Assembly (NCBI GenBank): GCA_030390025.1
Contig: CM059430.1
Location: 61,690,001 to 61,754,000, forward strand
Source of the DNA: Squalus acanthias
Lineage: Eukaryota
Length of the DNA stretch: 64,000 nucleotides
Direction: 5' to 3'
In this document: piece by piece, positions 49,600-62,929 of the stretch
Layout: each line of letters opens with the position of its first letter
Position numbering within the stretch: the first letter of the stretch is position 1
Made by a program: the position numbers and the translations under genes
Notes under the pieces: generated by a model
Told to the model about the DNA's origin: nothing
The model's database searches: none
What the model saw: only the letters and a program-made list of their open reading frames with translations

Positions 49600-52500
49600 G
49601 TTCGTTAAGATGTGGATTCTTTGCAGCCGAGAGCGAGAGTCCCGAAGGTTGTGTTGCCTGCCCGGTGCCAGGGTTAAGGACATCTCCTCTGGGCTGGAGA
49701 GAAACTTGGAATGAGAGGGGGAGGATCCAGTTGTCGTGGTCCATGTTGGTACCAACGACATAGATAGGACAAGGAAAGAGGTTCTGCTGAGGGAGTATGA
49801 GCAGCTAGGGGCCAAATTAAAAAGCAGAACCACAAGGGTAATAATCTCTGGATTACTACCTGAGCCACGAGCAAATTTGCATAGGGTAAATAAAATCAGA
49901 GAGTTAAATGCGTGGCTCAAAGTCTGGTGTGGGAGAAATGGGTTTTGCTTCTTGGGACACTGGCACCAGTACTGGGACGGGAGAGAGCTGTTCCGTTGGG
50001 ACGGACCTCATTGGCCAGTGCTGGGACTAGATTCCTGGCGAATCGAATAACTAGGGCTGTAGAGAGGGCTTTAAACTAATTAGTGGGGGGCGGGGGGGGG
50101 GCGGGTTTCAGGAGAGCGAAGAATAAAAATGTCAGCAGAGAAGGCAATAGAGCAAATTAGCAGTGGGGAAATTAAAAACCAGAGCGTGTCAGGAATGGAC
50201 AGAATAGATAAAGATAAAGTTAAAGTAGTAAAGGGGGTAAAAGCAGGAATAAATTGTCACAAACCATGTTTAAAAGTTCTTTATCTGAATGCACGCAGCA
50301 TTCGTAACAAAATAGACGAGTTGACGGTACAAATAACTACACATGGGTATGATCTGGTGGCCATTACAGAAACATGGCTGCGAGGTGACCATGACTGGGA
50401 ACTAAACATCCAGGGGTATTTGACTATTAGGAAGGACAGACAGGAAGGAAAGGGAGTTGGGGTGGCTATGTTAATAAAGGATGGAATCACTGCAATATTG
50501 AGAAATGATATTGGGTCAAAGGATCAGGATAGTGAAACAGTTTGGGTGGAGATAAGGAATAATAAGGGGAAAAAGTCACTAGTGGGCGTAGTCAAAAGGC
50601 CTCCTAACAGTTGTAGCTCTGTTGGTCGGAGTATAAATCAGGAAATAGTTGGGGCTTGTAATAAGGGAACAGCTATAATCATGGGAGATTTAACTTTCAT
50701 ATTGACTGGACAAATCAAATTGGGCAGGGCAGCCTTGAGGAAGAGTTCATAGAGTGTATTAGGGATGGGTTCCTTGAGCATTATGTTACTGAACCAACCA
50801 GGGGGCAGGCAATGTTAGATCTGGTCCTGTGTAATGAGACAGGATTAATAAAAAATGTCCTAGTAAAGGATCCCCTTGGAATGAGTGACCATAACATGGT
50901 TGAATTCCAAATTCAGTTGGAGGGTGAGAGAGTTAGATCTCAAACCAGCGTACTAAGCTTAAATAAAGGAGATTTTGAAGGTATGAGAGCAGAGTTGACT
51001 AAAGTGGACTGGGAAAATAGATTAAGGTGTAAGACAGTACAGGAGCAGTGGTGTACATTCAAGGAGGTATTTCACAACTTTCAAGAAAAATATATTCCAC
51101 TGAGGAAAAAGGGGCGTTAAACAAAAGACAGCCATCCGTGGCTAAGTAAAGTAATAAAGGATAGTATCCGACTGAAAAAAGGGCATATAAAGTAGCCAAA
51201 TCTAGTGGGAGGATAGAAGATTGGGAAGCATTTAAAAGCCAGCAAAGAATAACTAAAAGATTAATTAAGAAGGGGAAGATAGATTTTGAAAGTAAACTAG
51301 CAAAAAATATAAAAACAGATAGCAAGAGTTTCTAAAGTTACATAAAAAGAAAAAGGGTGGCTAAAGTGAATGTTGGTCCCTTAGAGGACGAGACCGGGAA
51401 ATTAGTAGTGGGTGACACGGAGATGGCAAATACGCTGAACAAATATTTTCTATCAGTCTTTACAGTAGAGGATAGTAAAAATATCCCAACACTGGAAAAA
51501 AGGGGGGCAATAGGGGGAGAGGAGCTAAACACGATCAAAATCACTAAGGAGATGGTACTCGGTAAGATAATGGGACTTAGGGTGGATAAATCCCCTGGAC
51601 CTGATGGCTTACATCCTAGGGTCTTGAGAAAAGCAGCGGTAGGGATTGCGGATGCATTGGTGGTAATTTTCCAAAACTCCCTGGATTCGTGAAAGGTCAA
51701 AGCAGATTGGAAAACTGCTAATGTAACACCCTTATTTAAAAAGGGAGGAAGACAAAAGGCTGGAAACTATAGACCAGTTAGCCTAACATCTGTGGTTGGT
51801 AAAATGTTGGAGTCCATTATTAAGGAAGCAGTAACAGGACATTTGGATAAGCATAATTTAATCGGACAGATTCAGCATGGTTTTATGGAGGGGAAATCAT
51901 GCTTGACAAATTTGCTCAAATTCTTTAAGGACGTAACAAACAGGCTGGATAAAGGGGAACCAGTGGATGTGGTGTATTTGAACTTCCAAAAGGCACTTGA
52001 TAAGGTGCCACACAAAAGACTACTGCACAAGATAAAAAAATCACGGCATTGGGGTTAATATACTGGCATGGGTGGAAGATTGGCTATCTAACAGAAAACA
52101 GAGAGTTGGGATAAATGGTTCATTCTCGGGTTGGCAATCAGTAACTAGTAGTGTTCTGCAAGGGTCAGTGCTGGGACCCCAACTCTTTACAATCTATATT
52201 AACGATTTGGAGGAGGGGATCAAGTGCAACGTATCCAAGTTTGCTGACGATACAAAGATGGGAGGAAAAGCAGTGAGTGAGGAGGACATCAAAAACCTGC
52301 AAAAGGACATAGACAGGCTAAGTGAGTGGGCAGAAATTTGGCAGATGGAATATAATGTTGGAAAGTGTGAGGATATTCACTTTGGCAGAAAAAATCAAAG
52401 AGCAAGTTATTATCTAAATGGAAAGAAACTGCAAAGTGCTACAGTACAAAGGGATCTGGGGGTCCTAGTGCATGAAACACAGAAGGTTAGCATGCAGGTA

Positions 52501-53180
52501 CAACTGGTGATCAGGAAGGCCAATGGAATCTTGGCTTTTATTGCAAGGGGGAAGAAGTATAAAAGCAGGGAAGTCTTGCTTCAGTTATACAAGGTACTGG
52601 TGAGGTCACACCTGGAATACTGCATGCAATTTTGGTTTCCATATTTAAGAAAAGATATACTTGCTCTCGAGGCATTTCAGAGAAGGTTCACTCGATTGAT
52701 TCTGGAGATGAGGGGGTTGATTTATGAGGAATGTTTGAGTAGGTTGGGCCTCTACTCATTGGAATTCAGAAGAATGAGAGGCGATCTTATCGAAACATAT
52801 AAGATTGTGAGGGGGCTTGATCGGGTGGAGGCGGGGAGGATGTTTCCACTGATGGGTGAGACTAGAACTAGGGGCATAATCTTAGAATAAGGGGCTGCCG
52901 TTTCAAAACTGAGATGAGGAGAAACGTCTTCACTCAGAAGGTAGTAAATCTATGGAATTTGCTACCTCAGAGAGCTGTGGAAGCTGCGACATTAAACAAA
53001 TTTAAAACGGAATAGACAGTTTCCTAGCTGATAAGGGAATTAAGGGTTATGGGGAGCGGGCAGGGAAGTGGACGTGAGTCTAGGTTCGGATCAGCCATGA
53101 TCCTATTGAATGGCAGAGCAGGCCCGAGGGGACATATGGCCTACTCCTGCTCATACTTCTTATGTTCTTATGTTCTTATG
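49600..53180 (+). mobile_element. Near full-length CR1: ORF1 SGNH-esterase part, ORF2 APE endonuclease + RT, 3' UTR
   Basis: VVHVGTND..IISGLLP..WDGPH (ORF1); YLNARSI..TETWL, SDHN, QGSVLGP, KFADD (ORF2); tail (ttcttatg)n; several stops and frameshifts. Confidence 0.93.
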
Positions 53181-53835
53181 AAATGTAATTATATGTGTGC
53201 AAAAGATTATTCGACATCAGGTGAGTGCAGACGGTTCGAAGGTTTTCATTCAGATATTCATATAACTAAGAAGCCTATTTTTCTTTCAATTCTACATTAA
53301 GTGCAGTGCAAACGATTCAGTGCGACATCGGTTATGATTTAGGTAATCGGTTGTTAATTTTTATATTAGTTAATTCTAATATGGAAAAGATAAAGTACAC
53401 AATTACACATACACAATCATCATGAGTGAAAGAATATCGCCGAATGAAAGTTATTAAAAACAAATGAAAATTTTGCACCCTAATATTTTGGGACATCCTG
53501 AGATGACGGCATATTTATTTAAAATTGAGGAAACTTTGTCTTCGTCCTAGAATGATTTACTTTGATAATTATTGTCGAATCACAATGAAATGATATAATT
53601 GAAGAACGTTCCGTTAATTTAATAGTTGGATATTTATGCAGTTGTGAGTGTGTCTGTGAATCTGTTTATATTGATGCTGACGTGCTCTAAAGAGCACCGC
53701 GTGTGATGGAAAATAGAAAAAATAAACAAGGTAATGACATTATTTAAAAACACAGACACGATGGGCCGAATGCCCTCATTCTGTGTCGTAGATTTCTATG
53801 ATTCTATGATTCTGAATGTTGTTTTTAATGGCCAG

Positions 53836-53897
53836 GTAAAGAACTGCTGATCATTTCTGCCTCCGCTGCTCAAAATTCCACGAGAGCAATAGGTTAG
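53836..53897 (+). CDS. Candidate terminal cytoplasmic exon
   Basis: gtttttaatggccag| in phase 1 gives GKELLIISASAAQNSTRAIG-stop; unique sequence just after the CR1 block; AATAAA at about 54244. Confidence 0.4.
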
Positions 53898-54967
53898 CCT
53901 TTGGGAAAGAATAACGCGTGTCCAGGCACAGCTGGGAAAGAAAAACAGAAACATACGAAAGCAGGGAACGCGATGAAGGAGCCGCAATCGAAACGGATAA
54001 AGGGTTCCTGCAGCACTCGCTTACAGCCGGGTTCCATTATACTCCGCTACACACTCTTTCTGCAGCATTAGATTATACAAAGGTAACTGGTAGTTGGCTC
54101 CTGTATATAATGAGCTTATTGCAATCTATGTAAATGCAGTATTAAGAAGGGGGAGAGGGTTATAGCTGACACTTCATGTGATTATTTTTTGCGGGCTGAC
54201 ATGTATCTTGATGGATGAATGTTTCCAGCTGACGATATTTTTCAATAAATCTAAGTGTTGATATTTATACGTGTCAAGTTGTATCGAGTGTTTAAACCTT
54301 CCATATGTCTTATATTTTACTGATGTAAAATGAACTGCCTTAGAGAGAAAGTTCCTTTCATAGAATTATAAATACCGAACGCATTGGAGGACCATTAACA
54401 TCTGACATTGATTTGTACTCAAAGTCCACCATCAGAATTTATGCCATGGGCGAAACCAATTCAAATGAAAGTTTGCTCCTTGAAGAGAAAGTTGGACACT
54501 GTGAACCTGGAATGGTTAAAAATACGCGGTCACATTGCGGGATACACCGTATTCAGCATTTAGACGGAAACAAATGGGAGGAGCGAAGCAGTAATTGCGA
54601 CGAGTAAAGTGAAATAATATTCGTCCGACCGTATTCTTTCTTCGACTAAACTTGAGAGGCTCTAAACATTTGGACCCAAAGCCATCTTATTGCAATGGGC
54701 AATTTAAAGAAAATAATGACTGTGAAATAGCTAATTAGTTAATCACGGTAACTAACTGCTAATTTACTTAACATCGAGCTGAAGCCACCTATTTAATCAA
54801 ACTAGACCTCAAGTGACCAAATAGTTCAAGAAATAAACTACAGATTACCAACAAATAAAGAAGTTAATTAATTAACTAAATAATTAATTAAGACTTGGCA
54901 GTAATTGCACTGTGTCGGGATTTTAGTATGTGGCAGTTTGTGGACAACGAGACTACCCCAGACTGCC

Positions 54968-56133
54968 ACAGTGAGGTGAGAGTAATTACCCTTGACAGAC
55001 ATCAAGACAGCATTTGAACGAGTGTGGCATCAAGGAGCCCCAGTAAAATTGAATAAATGGGAATCTGGGGAAAATTCTCCATTGGCTGGAGTCATGCCTA
55101 GCAAAAAGGAAGATGGTTGTGGTTATTGGAGGTCAATCATCACAGCCCCAGGATATCGCTGAACGAGTTCCACAGGGCAGTGTCTTAGGCCCAACCATCT
55201 TCAAATGCTTCATCAATAACCTTCCCTCCACCATAAGGTCAGAAGTGGGGATGTTCACTGATGATTGCACAGTATTCAGTTCCACTCGCAAATCCTCACA
55301 TAATGAAGCAGTCCATGCCCGCATGCAAGGACAACATTCAGGCTTGACAAGCAATATTTGCGCCACACAATTGCCAGGCAATGACTATCTCTAACAAGAT
55401 AGCGTCTAACCACGCCCAACCTTGACGTTCAATGGCATTATCTTCGCCGAAGCCGACACCATCAAAATCCTGGGGGTCACCATTAACCAGAAACTTTACT
55501 GGACCAGCCACATAAATACTGTGGCTACGAGAGCAGAACAGAGGCTGGGTATTCTGTGGCGAGTGTCTCACCTGCTGACTCCTCAAAGACTTCCCACTAT
55601 CTGCAAGGCACAAATCAGGAGTATGATGGAATACTCTCCACTTGCCTGCATCAGTGCAGTTCCAACAAACCTTAACAAGTTCGACACCATCCAGGACAAA
55701 GCATCCCGCTTGATTGTCACCACATTCACCACCTTAAACATTCACACCCTCCACCACCGGTGCACCATGGCTGCGATGTATGCCATCTACAAGATACATT
55801 GCAGCAACTCGCCGAGGCTTCTTCAACAGCACCTCCCAAACCCGTGACCTCTACCGCTTAGAAGGACAGGAGCAGCAGGCTCACGGGAACACCATCACCT
55901 GCAAGGTCCCCTTCAAGTTACACACCATCCTGACTTGGAAATATATCGATGTTCCTTCATCGTTACTGCGTCAAATTCCTGGAACTCCCTCCCAAACAGT
56001 TATGTGGGAGTACATTCACCACACGGAATGCAGCAGTTCAAGAAGGCGGCTCACCACCACCTTCTCAATTAGGGATGCATAATAAATGTTGACCATGCCA
56101 GCGACGCCCACATCCCAGAAACTAATAAAAAAA
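54968..56133 (+). mobile_element. Family B LINE (RT + 3' end)
   Basis: VPQGSVLGP, MFTDD, MEYSPLA, shared 3' end with A-rich tail. Confidence 0.88.
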
Positions 56134-56134
56134 A

Positions 56135-57630
56135 TTGCAAGAAATGTCTCTTCTTAGAGACACTCTGGCTCAGAGTCTTTGAGCAGGAATGTGAGCTAGA
56201 AACACTCCGACACATAAGGGAGGAGGAGGAATTACTGCATAATATACGCCAGAATACAGTTACACACCAGAGGAAAGATTAGGTACAGGAAGGGGAGAGT
56301 GTGACTGTCAGTCAACTGAGTAAGAGCAACGTAGGAGAGGTAGTGAAGGAGGTCCATCGAATTATCCAATCAGTACAAAGTAGATGATGCCTGTGAGGAT
56401 AAGGAGAAATACTGTGGGAAGGACAGCCAGAATGCCGGCCAAGGTAGCAGATGCAGATAAGAAATGTTGAAGTTTTGGGGGATTCTATAATTAGGTGGAT
56501 AGCGAGTATTATTTGCAGTCAGAGATCGAGATTCCCGAAGGTTATGTTGCCTACGTGGTAAGGGAAATCTCGAAATGGATAGTAAATAATGTGGAAGGGG
56601 AGAGGAGGATCTCCTTGTTGTGCTCCATGTCGGAACCAACAACAGAAAATCATAGGTATTTACGGCATTGGAGGAGACTATTCGGACCATTGTGCCTGTG
56701 CCGGATGAAAAGGAGCTGTCCAGCCTAATCCCACTTTCCAGCTCTTGGTCCGGAGCCCTCTAGGTTCTGGCACTTCAAAAGCATATCCAAGTACTTTTCA
56801 AATGTGAATAGGGTTTCTGCCTCAACCACCCTTTCAAGCAGTGAGTTCCAGACCCCCAACACCCTCAGAGTGTAATCCTTCGACAAATATTTTTAATCTG
56901 TGCCCCGTGGTTATTGATCTCTCTGCTAAAGGAAATAGGCCCTTCCTATCCACTCCATCTAGGCTCCTCATAATTGTATACACCTCAATCAAGTCGCCTA
57001 TCAGCCTCCTCTGTTCCAAAGAAAACAATCTCACCTTATCCAATCTCTCCTCATGGATGAAATTCTCCAGTTCTGGCAACATCCTCGTAAATCTCTCCTG
57101 TCCCCTCTCCAGAGCAATCACATCCTTCCTGTAATTTGGTGACCAAAACTGTACGCAGTACTCCAGCTGTGGCCTAACTAGTATTTTATACAGTTTAAGC
57201 ATAACCTCCCGGCTCTTATATTCCATGCTTTAGTTAATAAAGGAAAGATTAGGTGATTGTTGGGTGAGTATTAGTGTTTTAGTCTCTCTAATTTAACTGC
57301 GTGAATAAAGACTTTATCTAAGAGAGTATCAGGAGTGAGGAGCTAATTTGAAAAGCAGGACTTCACTGGTAATAATCTCGGGATTACTACGTGTGAGGTC
57401 CGGTTTTTCGCTTTTGTTCGGATTATTGCCTGAACCACGTGGTAATTGGTATAGAGACAAACAGATTAGAAAAGTCAATACTTAGCTATAGGAGTTGTGT
57501 TGGACACTGGCACCAGTATTGAAGCAGGACGGAGCTGCACCATTGGGACGGGCTGCACCTGAAGTTGGCTGGGACCAAGGTCCTAGTCGAAAGGATAACC
57601 AGGACTGTAAATAAGACTTTAAAATATTAA
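56135..57630 (+). mobile_element. CR1 ORF1 remnant with a nested antisense CR1 3' fragment (about 56655-57243)
   Basis: Esterase-like GDSIIR..HVGTN before the insert and IISGLL..WDGLHL after it; the nested piece encodes LYKILVRPQLEYCVQFW on the minus strand. Confidence 0.75.
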
Positions 57631-57969
57631 CTTGGAGGGGTGGGGCGCGGGGGGGGGGGGGGGGGGGCGGGGGGCGGGGAGGTGACTGCTAGAACCTGCA
57701 GTATTCTAACAATAAAAGAATCAAGAAAAGAGAGAAAAGGACAAACTAAAGGAAATAATAAAGATAACACGAATAGCCAGAGATCGGATAAATTCTTAGA
57801 CAATAAAGGTAAAATCAATGAGTGACGTCACAGGACAGATGGTAGGTGACTGTTGGGTGAGTATTAGCGTTTTAGTCTCTCCAACTTAACTGCCTGAATA
57901 AAGACTTTATCTAAGAGAGCCAGAGAAGCAGTCGGAAATAAAGGTAGACCCGACTTTTAAGACTCTTGA

Positions 57970-59481
57970 GGGGAGAAATTCAATGGGCCGGATATTCCGA
58001 TTCCTACGGGTGGGTAGGCGCTGTGTACCCACCCCCAGGGACATCGGAAATGCCGGTTTTAGGCGTGCACTACGCATGCGCTGGAAAGCGGCATTTCCGA
58101 TCTGTCAAGAAAGCTCTTGACAGATCCACCCGCGGCCTTGGAGCAGGGCCTCTGCAGGCGGATAGTTCCGCTTTTTGGAGACCCTCACCCCGCAGAAAAC
58201 ACAATTCTTGCGCCTGGTAAAAGCAGGCTTAAGGCCTGCTTTTACCAGGATAAGAGTTGAAAAAATTAAATAAAAACATTTCCACTGATTTATCATTTAA
58301 AAATAATTTAAAAAAAGGTACGTTTATTTTTAGCCCCGTAAAAAACTTCAATTATTTTTTTCAAAAATTTAAAGTTTTGCTTAAAATAGTTAATTTATTG
58401 GACGTTCAAGTCATTTTAAAAATGTGATTTTTAAAAAAAAATTTATTGAAAATTTTACTATGTTTTGGGGGAGATGTCCATTCATATATTTGACAGGTCT
58501 TCCTGTCAAATGTATGAAGGGAGATTCCCTTCTTTGATTGGCTCCCTACGGCCAACGTGATCCCAGGGACCCTGCGAACTACCTGCGCCTCTGGGATACG
58601 TGGGCCCTGCGCACTGGAAGTTTGGAGAGGCCCAGCAGTGGAATTGTGCGCCTCCGGGGAACACTCAGGTCAGGGCGCAGATTTTTCCAGAACGCGGTCC
58701 TCCGCCCGTGGGAGGCCTGCAATCGGAATATCTGGGCCATTATAGCCCAATTTGGGGCCCTAAAACATCAGAAGCAGAAACATTATCGCCAGGTATTAGT
58801 GATGAGCGGCTCCCGCGAAATTCAGTTGTAACGCTCCAAAAGGGAAGTGGAGCGCTAAATTTAGAACTACCACTTCCCTTAGCGGAAGGGAGTGAGAGGG
58901 GCATTATCGTCAGAGCGCTCATCAATGTTCCATGCATCACTGCCGGATTCGCAGGATCCTTCGCACCCTTAAAGGGAAGGGCCAATGCTCACAGCAGTTT
59001 AATCGAGGCTGGGGATGGGTCGGCGAATGCACGTGCGATCCGCAAGGAGAAACCCCAAGCACTGTAAGAGAGTGCAAGGCTGATCAATTGCACCAATTAA
59101 AATGTAAAAAAACACAGCACTTAGGGGTGAGAATTTTTTTTTGGCGTACCTGACCATCAATCCCTTTCATTGCCGCTCCCCAAACAGCCAGCCAAGGACA
59201 CTACTGCTCCTGCAGCTGCCGTTGCTGACCTCCGGCAAAGCTGCAGGGTGCGTAAGTGAATTTGGGAACCGTGGTATTAACAGGGTGATGCACACCGGAT
59301 GTCTTCACGATCTCCGAGGCACAGGAGATCGAGGCGGTAAGATTTACCACCAGCGCTAGCCCCCGATTGAATTTCACGGGAGTTGTTTCTTTCACCCCGC
59401 CCGGGCAGTAAGTCGTTAGTGCCCCGTTATCACTCCCCGGATATGATAACAGGAGGCGCAAAGGAGGCCAATTTCTAGCCC
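57970..59481. mobile_element. Outer MITE-like element hosting the 57985-58738 MITE
   Basis: Ends ggggagaaatt and aatttctagccc are imperfect inverted repeats; GC-rich non-coding interior. Confidence 0.5.
57985..58738. mobile_element. MITE related to 20404-21168, opposite orientation
   Basis: TIRs gggccggatattccgatt / aatcggaatatctgggcc, flanks aat/att; shares the tttgacagg..cctgtcaaa hairpin and the gattggctcc motif. Confidence 0.85.
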
Positions 59482-59499
59482 TAGGTCTTAAGTTTATTT

Positions 59500-61089
59500 C
59501 TCTAAGTTAGTTCATAGTTGAATAAATAGAGGCATGGCAGGGCACCTCAGTCCCATGGAATGCACATCTTGTGTCATGCGGGAAATCCAGGATGCTTCCC
59601 GTGTCCTGGACAATCACATGTGCAGGAAGTGTCGTCAACTCGAGGAGCTCAAGCTCTAGGTTTTGGAGCTTGAGCTGCAGCTGGCGCCACTGCGGTGCAT
59701 CCTTGAGGCTGACAGCTACGTGGATAGCACGTTTCAGTTGTTGGTCACCCGGCAGCATAAGAGTGTGCAGGCAGATAGTGACTTGGTGACCGTCAAACAG
59801 ACAAGGAGGACCAGGCAGGCAGGCAGGGAGAGACAGATGGCACTATAGGAAGAAATAGTAAGGTATTAGCTGGGGTCAGAATCAGAGAGAGTACAAGAAG
59901 ATCTAAGACAGGTTTACAGTGCATGTGTGTAAACGCATGAAGCATGGCAAATAATGTTGGTGAGCTGCAGGCGCAAATAGCCACATGGGAATATGATGTC
60001 GTGGCGATAATGGAGACCTGGCTCAAAAAAGGGCAGGATTGGTTTTTAAATATTCCTGGATATAATGTGTTCAGGAAAGATAGGGAAGGAAAGAAAGGAG
60101 GTGGGTGGCAGTATTGGTGAAGGAGAATGTTACAGTGCTGGAGAGAGAGGACGTGCTGGAGGGGTGAAGGACATAATCTATTTGGTTAGAGTTATGAAGT
60201 AAGAGAGGTGCCATTACACTACTATGTGTATTTTATAGACCACCAACTAGTGGGAAAGATATAGAGGAGCAAATTTGCAGCGAAATTACAGACAGGCAGA
60301 TGAAATTTAATGCAGAAAAGTGCGAAGTCATACATTTTGGTAGGAAGAAGGAGGAAAGGCAATATAAACTAAACGGTACGATCCTAAAGTGGGTGCAGGA
60401 ACAGAGAGACCTGGGGTTATGTGTGCGCAAATCGTTGATGGTGGCAGGACAGGTTGATAAATCAGTTAAAAATGCAAACGGGATATTGGACTTCATAAAT
60501 CGAGGCATAGAGTACAAAAGCAAGGAAGTTATGATGAACCCTTATAAAACACTGGCTCGGCCTCAACTGCAGTATTGTGTCCAACTCTGAGCGCTGCACT
60601 TTAGGAAGGATGTGAAGAGAGTACAGAAAAGATTTACGAGAATGAAACCAGGGATGAGGGACTTCAGTTACGTGGACAGAATAGAAAAGCTGGGGTTGTT
60701 CTCCTTAGAGCAGAAAAGGTTGAGGAGAGATTTGATAGAGGTATTAAAAATCATGAGGGGTCTAGACAATGTAAATAGTGAGAAACTGTTCCCATTGGCG
60801 GAGGTGTCGAGACCCAGAGGACACAGATTTAAGGTGATTGGCAAAGGAATCAACGGTGACATGAGGAAAAACATTTTTACACAGCGAATGGTTAGGATCT
60901 GGAATGCACTGCCTGAATGGGTGGTGGAGGCAGACTCAATCGTAGCTTTCACAAGGGAATTGGATAAGTACCAGAAGGAAAAATATTTGCAGGGCTTTGG
61001 GGAAGGGGCGTGGGAGTGGGACTAGCTGAAGTGCTCTTGCAGAGAGCCAGCACGGGCTCGGCTGGCCGAATGGCCTCCTTCTGTGCTGT
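59500..61089 (+). mobile_element. CR1 with ORF1 zinc-finger/leucine-zipper start, endonuclease start, large internal deletion and 3' end
   Basis: MAGHLSPMECTSC..CRKC..LELELQL; jumps at about 60293 to MKFNAEKCEVIHFG; ends in attctatg repeats. Confidence 0.88.
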
Positions 61090-62905
61090 AACAATTCTAT
61101 GATTCTATGAAGCTATCGGATTGTCGTAAAAACCCAGCTGGTACACTAATGACCTCTAGGGAAGGAAACCTGTTGTTTTTACCCTGTCTGGCCCACAAGT
61201 GACTCCGGACCCATGTGCCGGGGAATATAGAATGTAGTTAACTCTGCACTCTGAAATGGCATAGCAAGCCACTCAGTTGTATCAAACTGCTACAAAAAAC
61301 TATAATAAGAATAAAGCAGCAGGACCACTTGGCATTGTATTTAGACATGACCAAGGAACACCCAGGCCAATCAACCCTGCCAAGTCCTTCCCACTAACAT
61401 CTGGGGACTTGTGCCAAAATTGAGAGAGCTCTCACACCGACTACACTGACCTATCAGCCAAAGTCTTTGGGTATGGCCTGTCCCACCGGCCGGAGAGAAC
61501 CATCAGTGGAAGGGAGTGGCATTCCTCAACATTGACTCCTGCTGATTACCGCTCTTAGCTGATGAATTTTGAACTTCACTTGGAAAAAACACTGAGGGCA
61601 CAGAATATACTGCTAGGGGCTTCAATCACCAAGAGTGACTCGGTAGCACCACTACTGACCAAGCTGGCTGACTGGGATTGTGGCAGCTGGTGAGAGAACC
61701 AACACGAGGGGAAATCCTTTGGACAAGTAAAACTTGAAAAACTCACCATGACATTGGCAGGAGTGACCAACAAAATCCCGTCTTCACACTGAGGACACGT
61801 GTTATGCAAAATTATATCTGAACAGATCTAGCAGCTCAAAACTGGCATCCATAAGCAGCACCAGAACAGTATTCTACCATAATGTGTAACCTCATGCTCC
61901 AGCATATCCCGCACTCTAATATTACAATCAAGCCAGGCCACCACCCCTGTTTCAAGGAGTACTGTACGAAAGCCAGGAGCAGCACCAGGCATACCTAAAA
62001 ATGAGGTGCCAACCTGGGAAGCTACAACATTCTGAACAGCAGAAGCAGCATGCGATAGAGAAAGCTAAGCGATCCCATAACCATCATATCAGATCAAAGC
62101 TCTGAAGTCCTGCAACACCCAGTCGTGAATGGTGGTGGACAATTAAACAACTAACAGGAGGAGATGCCTCCATGAACAACGTCAGCCTCAACGACGGCGG
62201 AGCCCAGCACGTGAGTGCAAGAGATAAGGGTGAATCATTGGCAACCATCTTCAGCCAGAAGTTCCCAAATGACGATCCATCTCTGCCTCCTCCTGAGATT
62301 CCCACCATTATAGGTGTCAGTCTTCTGCCAATTCGACTCATTCCACGTGATATCAAGAAATGGCTGAGTGCATTGGATGCAGCAGTGGCTTTGGGTCCCT
62401 GCAAAGTCCCGGCTATCGTGCTGAAGCCTTGTGCTCCAGAATCAGCCGCGCCTCTGGCCAAGCTGTTCCAGTACAGCTGCAGCACTGACATCTCCCCAAT
62501 AATGTGGACAATTGCCCAGGTATGACCTGGCCACAAAAAGTTGGACAGATTAGTCCGCCCATTTACTGCCTCATCAGCCTATTCTCAATCATCAGCATCG
62601 TGATGTAAGGTGTCGTCGGCAGTGCTGTCATGCGGCACTTACTCACAAATAACCTGCTCACTGATGCTCAGTTTGGGTTCTGCCAGGACCACTTAGCTCC
62701 AGACCTCACAAAAGACTTTGTCCAAACATGGATAAAATAGCTAAATTCCAAAGGTGAGGTGAGACTGAATGTCCTTGACATCAAGGCTGCATTTGACCGA
62801 AATCGGCACCAAGAAGCCCTAATAAAATTGAAGTTAATGAGATCGGGGGCAAACTTTCCACTGGCTGGAGTCATACAAAGGAAGATGGTTGTGGTTGTCG
62901 GAGGT
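61090..62905 (+). mobile_element. Family B LINE 5' portion (5' region, endonuclease, RT start), decayed
   Basis: Homology to 7678-8300 and 24000-24587; KGESLATIFSQK, VLKPCAPESAAPLAKLFQYS. Confidence 0.8.
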
Positions 62906-62929
62906 TAGGGCTTTTTGGCCGGTAAGGAG

